Shown one piece after another: positions 9,025 to 16,738 of a DNA stretch of 40,263 bases (position 1 is its first letter; each line of letters starts with the position of its first letter). The stretch lies in contig DVHP01000100.1 of assembly GCA_018711945.1 (NCBI GenBank), positions 1 to 40,263 of the forward strand, read 5' to 3'. The notes under the pieces are model-generated. The model saw nothing but the letters and a program-made list of their open reading frames with translations, was not told the DNA's origin and made no database searches. Both the position numbers and the translations under genes were made by a program. This stretch comes from Candidatus Ventrenecus avicola (lineage in GTDB: Bacteria > Bacillota_I > Bacilli_A > RF39 > UBA660).

Positions 9025-9723
9025 ATGAATGATACTGTTGCATTAGAAATTGTTGATAAAATATTTCAAAGTGTTTTTGGTTGCAATAATATTTTTTCGC
9101 TTGATGTTTTATTAGAGAAGTTTGCTTTTGATATTAAGCTTCCGAAAAAGGTTATTGACTCGACAACAAATGAAGTTACTTGGGCAGATTCTATCCATAA
9201 TGAGAGATTTATTACAAATAGTAATATGGAAAAACGAGATCAAAGTGTAGGATGGATGTTACCTAAAAGAGAAATTCATACTTTAGAAGAGTTAATTAGT
9301 ATATGGAACACAGTTAATTATACAACAACTGAAAGAGTATATGACTCTCTAGGTGTAATAAAAAGTGATACGATATACCGCTGTGTGAATGTTTATCAAT
9401 CTAGTGATTGTAGGGACTCTAAGAATATTATTTATTGTGATTCTTGTGGTGACTCGGAATATTTGTTTGCTTCTCAACGCTCGGGAAATTGTAACTATTG
9501 CATAAGAACTGATGATTCTAGGGACTGTAGTAATAGCTATAATGTGATTTGTTCTAATAAAATTAGTCATTCTTTTTTTATTCAAGATTGTTCTGATTTG
9601 TATGAATGTATGTTTTGTTCTCATATTTCTTCTAAACGTTTTTGTATCGCAAATATGCAGTTTGAAGAAGAGGAATACTATGTAATAAAAAAAGCAATTA
9701 TTGAATGGATTTTCACTTCTTAA
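9025..9723 (+). CDS. Cys-rich repeat protein (232 aa), unknown function
   Basis: Starts 2 nt after the ATPase stop. The C-terminal 110 aa carry about 17 Cys in degenerate 12-15-aa repeats (CRDSKNIIYCDSCGDSEYLFASQRSGNCNYCIRTDDSRDCSNSYNVICSN...CSDLYECMFCSH). Confidence 0.75.
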   Translation: MNDTVALEIVDKIFQSVFGCNNIFSLDVLLEKFAFDIKLPKKVIDSTTNEVTWADSIHNERFITNSNMEKRDQSVGWMLPKREIHTLEELISIWNTVNYTTTERVYDSLGVIKSDTIYRCVNVYQSSDCRDSKNIIYCDSCGDSEYLFASQRSGNCNYCIRTDDSRDCSNSYNVICSNKISHSFFIQDCSDLYECMFCSHISSKRFCIANMQFEEEEYYVIKKAIIEWIFTS

Positions 9724-9871
9724 TTGATTAGTTTATTATTGCTATTTTTTTTATTTTCTTTTAGAATAATTGATGTAGGGAAAAAGAAGTAGTATAAATC
9801 TTTCAACTTATGGATATTTTTACAAGAAATGGTATCTATCATAAAATTAAAGAATTTTTGATTTATAAGGG

Positions 9872-10795
9872 GTGAAGATAAGTATGAAGGAGTTGAGTTT
9901 TAGTTTTTTAGAAGAAGCTTTGGTTCAAAGTTATTCTAAAGATCTTTGTTATTCTAAAGTTGGAAGTTTATGGAAAAGAGAAAATCCATATATAGGAATG
10001 TGTGCGATTACGGCTTTGATTGTTCAAGATTACTTTGGAGGAGATATTGCTAAAATTAAAGTGGATGGTATTAGTCATTATTTTAATTTTATTCAAGATC
10101 AAGTTGTAGATTTTACTGTTAAGCAATTTTCAAAAGTAATTTTTTATCATGACTATAGAATTGTAGATAGAAAGGATATTTTAACAGAAGATACTAGAAA
10201 ACGTTATGAATTATTAAAGAAGAAAGTTGTAACTTTTTTATTACAGAATGTTGATAAAAGTGTTTATAAGTGTGCTTTGTGTCATGGATTGGTAGAAAAA
10301 TTTCCTAATACAAATACTGTGTTTTTAGGTAGTAATAATGATATTGTGTTAGTAGGGGAAGCTCCGGCTAATAACGGTTGGCGTAAGAGTCATTTGTTGT
10401 GGCGTGATGAGTCAGGGAAAATGCTTCTTAGTGGGGTAGTATTGCAGAAGCTTTTTGATATTATTGATAAAAATATTTTGGAAACGACTTTTTTGGAGGC
10501 TGTGAAATGTTATCCTTTGGATAGAAAACATTTGAAAGTTTGTTCCCTTCATTGTAAACAATTTATGATGGCTCAGTTAGAGATTTTAAATCCTAAACTT
10601 ATTATTACTTTGGGAGAATTTCCTACTAGAACTTTGCTAGATGTTCCGTTTCAAAGGTTTTCTTCTGTTGTTGGGAATGTCTATGAGATAGGGAAGTATC
10701 GAGTGTTACCAATTTATCATCCTAGTCCTATTTCTCCAAAAAGTTATAAAGGGAATGAGCCTATTTTTGAAAAAATAAAGAATGAATTATTATGA
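9872..10795 (+). CDS. fusion of a YunG-like N-terminal domain with a UDG-superfamily (family 4-like) glycosylase domain
   Basis: C-terminal half has LVGEAPANNGW (motif A), EAVKCYP and PIYHPSPISP (motif B). N-terminal half has WKRENPYIGMCAITALIVQDYFGGDI...HYFN. The start could instead be the ATG at 9884. Confidence 0.8.
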   Translation: MKISMKELSFSFLEEALVQSYSKDLCYSKVGSLWKRENPYIGMCAITALIVQDYFGGDIAKIKVDGISHYFNFIQDQVVDFTVKQFSKVIFYHDYRIVDRKDILTEDTRKRYELLKKKVVTFLLQNVDKSVYKCALCHGLVEKFPNTNTVFLGSNNDIVLVGEAPANNGWRKSHLLWRDESGKMLLSGVVLQKLFDIIDKNILETTFLEAVKCYPLDRKHLKVCSLHCKQFMMAQLEILNPKLIITLGEFPTRTLLDVPFQRFSSVVGNVYEIGKYRVLPIYHPSPISPKSYKGNEPIFEKIKNELL

Positions 10796-10799
10796 AAAG

Positions 10800-10825
10800 A
10801 TCCTATTGTTTGATAGGATTTTTTT
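10800..10825 (+). terminator. intrinsic terminator after the YunG-UDG gene
   Basis: atcctat-tgtttg-ataggat followed by T6. Confidence 0.75.
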
Positions 10826-11339
10826 CGATATTAAAGTAGTAAATATTTTCTGTTAGAGTTTGATTTGGAAGAGTAAATGGTCTTGTACCTACTAGGTTTC
10901 CACCGAGATGTTTGTAGAATTTATTGGCGTTGGTATTTTCTTCTAAGCAGGAGATTATCATAGTTTTAAAGTTCATCTTTTGTAACTCTTGAACTGCTTT
11001 GTTAAACTATATTTTTCCGTAACCTTGATGTTTTACTTTTTCTAATAAGTAGATTGCTTTTATTTCTCCTATATTTGGAAAGTTTTCATCTACAGAAGTT
11101 CCTATGGATAGATTTCCTACAGGTTTGTTATTTACTTTTAATAGAAATCGTTTTTTGGTTTTATTTTGAAGTTGTGCTTTTTGTTTTTCTACAGATTTTT
11201 GAATTTCTTCTTCTGTATTGATTAAGTCTAGAAATTCGTCATTTACAATTCCTTTATATGTTTCTTTCCAAGCAAATGCATTTGTACGAACATATTCTTC
11301 TATATTATTTTCGTTTAGTGTTTCAATGTTATAATTCAT
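10803..11339 (-). pseudogene. GNAT N-acetyltransferase interrupted by an in-frame TAG
   Basis: The frame reads ...KHQGYGKI*FNKAVQELQKMNFKTMIISCLEENTNANKFYKHLGGNLVG... The stop at 11007-11009 falls inside the acetyl-CoA-binding Q/RxxGxG motif. The same frame continues to the TAG at 10803-10805. Confidence 0.8.
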
Positions 11340-11352
11340 TTTTTCCTCCTTT

Positions 11353-12482
11353 TTAATAGTAATTGTTAGTATTTTCTTTGGTTGTTTTGTCTATTATGAT
11401 TAATGGAATATAGATTTCGTCTTTTGTATAACCTGCATGAAGTGAATAGAGTTCTGCGTCGCCATCTGTTAGTATGGCTTTATTTGTCTTGGCAATTGAT
11501 AGATAATCTCCCAAAGCATTTTTGAAGAGAGGATTTTCTATCCCGTCACCAAATAGTTTACTGCTTATTACTTCTTCTTTAGAATATAGGTCAAAGTCGT
11601 TTTTAAATGTTTCTTTAAATTTTTTTTCAAATTCTTTTTGCAACTCTTTTTTGACTTTGAAAGATGTCGCGCGTGGTTCGATAGAAGTAGTTCTTTCTAG
11701 CATATTTAGTAGTTCTGGGTAGTCTTTTAAATAAAGGTTTTCTGTTTTAATGTGTCCATGGTCGGCAACAATAAAAATTATAGTATCATCTAGTTTTTTG
11801 GAAAGTTCTTCTATTTTGTTGTTTCTTGTTTTTATGAGTTCTTTGGCTTCTTTACTATCAGGCCCTAGGTCATGCATTGTGTGATCTGGTTCTTCATCAT
11901 ACGCATAAATGTATTTTTTCCTTCTTTTTGGCATTTCTTTTCAATGATGGAAATCATCTCATCTAAGTCTTTGTATTTTGTATCTTTAAATGGAAATAAA
12001 GATATAGCATGGTATTTGTTTTGTTCATTTATTTCATCAACAATTGTTTTAGGACTTAAATACTTTTTTTGTACTTTAGGATATTTTGTACTAGTTTTTC
12101 CTGTTTCTTTATTTATGCTTGTGTATAATTCTACGGTTTCATCAATGGGACTTACATACATATTCCAACCAAGATAACCATGTTCTATAGGATTTAGTCC
12201 TGTTTGCATAGAGGTTGTCGCTGCGGTTGTTGTAGCTGGAAATACTGTAGTTATTTCTTAGTATTTGTGTTTTATTAAAAAGTCATCTTTTGATAAAGTG
12301 CGTTCTAATATTCTGGAACCCATACCATCAAATAGTATGACCACTACATTTTTTGGCTGTTTTTCTTCTAATAATTTATCTATGTAATCTAGTGTATCGT
12401 GTTTATAGTCTAATTCAAAATATTTTCTTATGGAACACGCTAAATTTGTTAGGCATTCGTTATAATTATTTTTTACTAACAT
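11353..12482 (-). pseudogene. alkaline-phosphatase-superfamily (nucleotide pyrophosphatase/phosphodiesterase-like) gene with an in-frame TAA and a frameshift
   Basis: Three track ORFs form one gene. ...DFLIKHKY*EITTVFPATTTAATTSMQTGLNPIEHGYLGW has an in-frame TAA at 12258-12260. ...KCQKEGK/KYIYAYDEEPDHTMHDLGP needs a frame change in the T6 run at 11914-11919. The metal-site motif VADHGH is present. Confidence 0.8.
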
Positions 12483-12828
12483 ACTCTTTCCTTTCTAGTT
12501 CTACTCTGATTCCTAATACTCCATATTTTTCTTGTTTTTCTGTTGGATAAAATTGCTCTAATTCTTTTTTTAATGTTTCTTTTGTGATGCTTTTATCTGC
12601 TAAAATAGAAATATCAAAATCTTGAAATAATTCTTCAAAGTTTTCATATCTTAATAATCCGATAATTTTAGCTTGAAAGCTTTCTTTTAAATCTGGTTCT
12701 TTTAAAAAGGTAATTGTTTCTCCGAGATTTAGGTTTTTTCTTTTTTCGTCATATACTCTAATTTCTATTCTTTTTGTACCATGTAACATGTAGTTATAAT
12801 AATTTGGTTGTAATTTCATAGTCGTCAT
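12466..12828 (-). CDS. ASCH (PUA-like) domain protein
   Basis: MKLQPNYYNYMLHGTKRIEIRVYDEKRKNLNLGETITF is a typical ASCH N-terminus. The gene overlaps the downstream pseudogene start by 17 nt. Confidence 0.75.
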   Translation of the reverse strand: MTTMKLQPNYYNYMLHGTKRIEIRVYDEKRKNLNLGETITFLKEPDLKESFQAKIIGLLRYENFEELFQDFDISILADKSITKETLKKELEQFYPTEKQEKYGVLGIRVELERKEYVSKK

Positions 12829-12842
12829 TTTTTTCCTTCTTT

Positions 12843-13733
12843 CTATTTTATTTTTTTTCTTTCACAATGTTTGTAATATTCTTCTACAGTGATATTTGAT
12901 TTTGGTTTTTTATATTCATATAAACATAAGTTGTTTTTGTTATAGTTGTTTTTTAATTCATCAAGAATAAATTTTTCTTTTACATCTAATAGTAGTTCTT
13001 CTAATGATGAGTATTCATGTATTCCTTTCCATTTCTCCCATGCATGTTCAAACCAGTAGTATTTGTTGTCTTTTTGATAGGTTAGAAATGTATGGGTTGG
13101 ACATTTGTCGTTATCATAATGGACGATGAAATAAGTTTTTATATTTTGATATCCTTTAAAATAGTATCTTTCTAATTCTACTTGATCCCAACATGCTCCA
13201 ATTTTATTTTCTATAATTTCTTTTGGAGATTGTAATCTGTATTTTTTAGAGAATGTTTCATCAATTGTTAAGTGTTTCTTTTTTTCGTCATCTACCCATC
13301 CATATTCTATTTGTTCTAAAAACGTCATAATTTCTTTTTCGGTATAGTAGTTCCATATACTGAGTGAGCCTGTTGCTTTTATAGGAAGTATTGGGGTAAT
13401 ATTATCTAATATCCATGCATATCGTCCTTCCCTGTAATCCCCACAGATGTATTCTTGATGATTCTTTTCCTTCATATTCTCTACATATTCTTTTGTCATA
13501 TAAATACAATCTACTAGGTTACATTTGCAGATAATGTTTCCAAAATTTAAAGGAGTGTTTTCTATTAAAGTAAAAAGTTCGGTATTGTCTTTCCAATTTT
13601 TTGGCATTTTTGTGGAGCTTGCATGGATATAAAGCTCTCCTCGGTAATCCGTTTTCCAACTTCTGGTTTCAATCCACTTTTTCTTTTCTTTAATTAACGT
13701 TGCATATGGCTCTGTGAGACTTAGTACTTTCAT
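12843..13733 (-). CDS. ASCH domain fused to a transglutaminase/papain-like Cys-His domain
   Basis: N-terminus MKVLSLTEPYATLIKEKKKWIETRSWKTDYRGELYIHAS is paralogous to 20714-21124. The C-terminus has IGACWDQVELERYYF...PTHTFLTY...YWFEHAW. Confidence 0.7.
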   Translation of the reverse strand: MKVLSLTEPYATLIKEKKKWIETRSWKTDYRGELYIHASSTKMPKNWKDNTELFTLIENTPLNFGNIICKCNLVDCIYMTKEYVENMKEKNHQEYICGDYREGRYAWILDNITPILPIKATGSLSIWNYYTEKEIMTFLEQIEYGWVDDEKKKHLTIDETFSKKYRLQSPKEIIENKIGACWDQVELERYYFKGYQNIKTYFIVHYDNDKCPTHTFLTYQKDNKYYWFEHAWEKWKGIHEYSSLEELLLDVKEKFILDELKNNYNKNNLCLYEYKKPKSNITVEEYYKHCERKKIK

Positions 13734-13785
13734 AAAATCACCATAATTTTATTATACATGATTTTTTTTATTTATAAAGTCTCTG

Positions 13786-14505
13786 TTACCAGTTATGTGA
13801 GGAATAAATGACTTCGTTTGTTTTTTGGTTGATGGCTCCTAGTAAAAATATTCCATGATTGCAGTAGCCTGAATTGTCACATTCTCCATCGATAAGATAA
13901 ATTATAAAGTCGTTAATATTTGAGGTTGTTAAGGAATTAAATATATTTTGGTCTAGTAGTCCATTATTTTCGGTATATTCGTTTAGAGTACCTATCCAGA
14001 TTGCTTTTTCTTTTAAAGTGCTTTCTAAATCTTTTAAATGTGTTGCTTGGTAGTAGAGTTCTATTATGGATGCTCCTTGTAAAAAGCCTGGGTTATACTC
14101 AAATTTTATATTCGTGGCATCTTCTGGTATTTCTTTTGGAAAAACTTCTAAAAGGTAGTCGTCTGAAACATAGTGAGAATAGTATTTTGGATTTGTTATT
14201 GGATGTGTTGCTGTAAGACCAGCCGTGATAAAAATGGCGAAGAAAAGATAAAAGGGTAGAGCAAGCGTTAGTAAAACGTTTAGTATGAATGTTATGTCTT
14301 TGATATATTGTTTATGATCTAGTTTATATCTTAGTATTGTTACTAGTAAAAATAGTAGACAGGGAAAGATTCCTATGAAAATGATTAATAAGCGTAAGTA
14401 CCAAGGAATTCCTATTCCGGTGCATAAAAACGGAATGCTTATCATAAAGCATAAGATTGTTAGGATGAAGGAGTATTTACTTTTTAAAAACAATTTCTTT
14501 AGCAT
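13786..14505 (-). CDS. membrane protein (3-4 TM) with a C-terminal extracytoplasmic domain
   Basis: Hydrophobic N-terminal 110 aa. No enzyme motif recognised. Confidence 0.65.
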   Translation of the reverse strand: MLKKLFLKSKYSFILTILCFMISIPFLCTGIGIPWYLRLLIIFIGIFPCLLFLLVTILRYKLDHKQYIKDITFILNVLLTLALPFYLFFAIFITAGLTATHPITNPKYYSHYVSDDYLLEVFPKEIPEDATNIKFEYNPGFLQGASIIELYYQATHLKDLESTLKEKAIWIGTLNEYTENNGLLDQNIFNSLTTSNINDFIIYLIDGECDNSGYCNHGIFLLGAINQKTNEVIYSSHNW

Positions 14506-14602
14506 GATAACCTCTTTTATATTTTTATTATATCATGGTTTTGGAAGTTACAGTTGCTTTCTTTTTGTTTTCTCGTTACAATAGATGTCAAACGGAGGCA
14601 TT

Positions 14603-15025
14603 ATGAAATATAAGAAGTTGATTTTTGACTTAGATGGGACATTAGTTAGTGATAGAGAGTCCATGAAATATGCTTTTTGTTGCGTATTAAAAGAATTAGG
14701 AATTGCACCTTCTATGGATTTGGCTTTGGAATGGTTAAAGTTTGATGATGCTTATTGGCATGAAATTGAAAGCGGAAGAACCGTATTTCCAGAATATGTG
14801 CAAACAAAGGAAGATAGAAGAGTTTATGCTCAGGCGATGAGATTTGTTTTATTTTTTGAAAGTTTTCCTATATCTTTTGAACAAGCCATTCATTTCAATG
14901 ATGTTTATTGTGAAAATTTAGGAATGAATATTGTACCGATTTTAGGAGCAGAAGAGTTACTTTGTTTTTTAACAGAAAACTATGAAATTTATATTGCAAC
15001 AAATGGCCCTAGAAGGTCAGCTTAA
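14603..15025 (+). pseudogene. HAD-superfamily hydrolase, C-terminally truncated
   Basis: Motif I is LIFDLDGTLVSD and motif II region is YIATNGP. The ORF then stops, and HAD motifs III/IV are absent from all frames downstream. GGAGG precedes the ATG at 14603. Confidence 0.6.
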
Positions 15026-15047
15026 AAAAAATAGAGAGGTTGTGTTT

Positions 15048-15992
15048 ATGAATTCTTTTGTATATCGTTTTTACATGCGAGATGAAATGATTCCAAAAAC
15101 GGTTATTTTTGCTTCGGCATTTGGTTTGGTGATTGACTCTTTTAAAACAGCGAATGAACAAGGGAATTTCCCTTATCGTATTCGTTTTTATCATGGGAAT
15201 AATATTGTTGGATATATGGATTGTCAATGCGATGATTTTTCATATTTTAATGTAGGCAAAAAATATCCCTTTGTTTTATTTACGCCGGTTGGGAATATTA
15301 CTGGGTATTATTCTAGTTATAGTCACGAAAACTCTTTTATTTATCAATTAGATCTTTACCACCCAGAAGAAGTGGATATCGTTAGTGGCCATTTTCATAT
15401 TGCTCGCAAGAAATCGTTAGCTTTTTTTGAAGATGAAGAAGTTAATTATTCTATTGGTACATATGCTAATGCATTTAAAAATGGAGAAAGAGTAGTTGAT
15501 TTGTCTACTAATTACTGTGTTAGTCAACAAGCACTTTCTATAAGAGATTATCGTAGCTCTGAAGAAATTACATATGGATATTATGGGAATTTTTATATTT
15601 ATCATAGGAAGATAGAAAATCGTGAAGAGAAAATTTTATCAAAGATAGCAATCTCTAACCAAAGATATCCTGATTGTGATGGCTCATTTACTTTTGTTGA
15701 TACTAATAAAGGGTATTCTATTCACAATATGCGTGATAAGAAAGGAAATATTTTATTTGACGTTATTCATGCGGAAATTAAGAAACATGATCCTTGTTTT
15801 TTTGAAACTTTGAATCGTGTAAGAGATGCTGTTACTTTTCCTGTTTATGGTGGAAATATTTCTTTATATGATCGTTTTATTCATTTATCTTTTGAAAATA
15901 ATGAGGAACTTTTTTCTATTTTCCAGGATTGTGAAGTAAAAGCATTGAAAAAAGAAAATCTGCTTGTTCGTAAGTATCAAAATAAGAAATAA
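15048..15992 (+). CDS. hypothetical protein (314 aa)
   Basis: Track ORF 14982-15992 trimmed to the ATG at 15048, 8 nt after GAGAGG. No motif recognised. Confidence 0.65.
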   Translation: MNSFVYRFYMRDEMIPKTVIFASAFGLVIDSFKTANEQGNFPYRIRFYHGNNIVGYMDCQCDDFSYFNVGKKYPFVLFTPVGNITGYYSSYSHENSFIYQLDLYHPEEVDIVSGHFHIARKKSLAFFEDEEVNYSIGTYANAFKNGERVVDLSTNYCVSQQALSIRDYRSSEEITYGYYGNFYIYHRKIENREEKILSKIAISNQRYPDCDGSFTFVDTNKGYSIHNMRDKKGNILFDVIHAEIKKHDPCFFETLNRVRDAVTFPVYGGNISLYDRFIHLSFENNEELFSIFQDCEVKALKKENLLVRKYQNKK

Positions 15993-16003
15993 ATTATTTA
16001 TAC

Positions 16004-16030
16004 ATAAAAAAAGAAAACTTATAGGTTTTC
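16004..16030 (-). terminator. intrinsic terminator at the end of the pnkp-glycosylase operon
   Basis: On the minus strand gaaaac-ctataa-gttttc is followed by T7. The hairpin includes the stop codon. Confidence 0.6.
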
Positions 16031-16738
16031 CCAAATTCTTTGGTATTGTTTTAGTTGTATTTCTCCTTTTATTTGAGCAGTTGGATGGTATAGTGGAATG
16101 ATGATAACATTTTGTAAAGCTATTATTGGAGGAGTTTCTATTGTTTTGGATAAGTTTTTTTCTATTTTAAAATGATAAATTTCTGATAATGATAAAAGAG
16201 GGTAGTAACCTAGTGTTATAATGATTTTCGGATTTACTATTTCTATTTGTTTTTTTAAAAAACAAGAACAATTTTTTGTTGATTTGTTTAAATCAATATT
16301 GTTGCCACGATAAGTTGTACCGGTTCTTGCACACATAATTGCGTTGGTGATGAATAGAGAATTTAATATAGTTTCATCTATTTTTATATTGTAAGCCTTA
16401 GCAGAAAGAATTAGATATTTTGTTAGCATCTTTTTGGTTAAGCTAGGTTCAGTGTCTATTAAATTTTGCCAGTGTTTTTCTGTGGGATTTTTTTGATATT
16501 CCGTGTGTAATTTTTGCATGTCTATATATGGGCCCCAATCTTGCCCAATGACAAAAATTTTTGCATCTAGTCTGTGAAACCAATCGGTCCACATAGAGGG
16601 AATAGCTTGGCAAAACTCTTGGCTTTTGTAAATGTTTATTAAAGAGCAATCCGTGCCATTTTTCTTTTTTAAAGACAGACATTTTTGACAGGAAGATAAC
16701 TCTTTTAGCAAATGTTTAAATTTTTCTTCTTTGCTCAT
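16019..16738 (-). CDS. UDG-superfamily DNA glycosylase-like protein
   Basis: FVIGQDWGPY (motif A-like), FITNAIMCAR and PLYHPTAQ (motif B-like). The ATG at 16738 overlaps the upstream TGA (ATGA at 16735-16738), and AGGAGAG lies upstream. Confidence 0.75.
   Translation of the reverse strand: MSKEEKFKHLLKELSSCQKCLSLKKKNGTDCSLINIYKSQEFCQAIPSMWTDWFHRLDAKIFVIGQDWGPYIDMQKLHTEYQKNPTEKHWQNLIDTEPSLTKKMLTKYLILSAKAYNIKIDETILNSLFITNAIMCARTGTTYRGNNIDLNKSTKNCSCFLKKQIEIVNPKIIITLGYYPLLSLSEIYHFKIEKNLSKTIETPPIIALQNVIIIPLYHPTAQIKGEIQLKQYQRIWENL

Noticed and set aside
14982-15047. N-terminal extension of ORF 14982-15992 overlapping the HAD gene
   Set aside because: The extension has no RBS. The internal ATG at 15048 has GAGAGG at the correct spacing. 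The overlap is better explained by the truncated HAD remnant.
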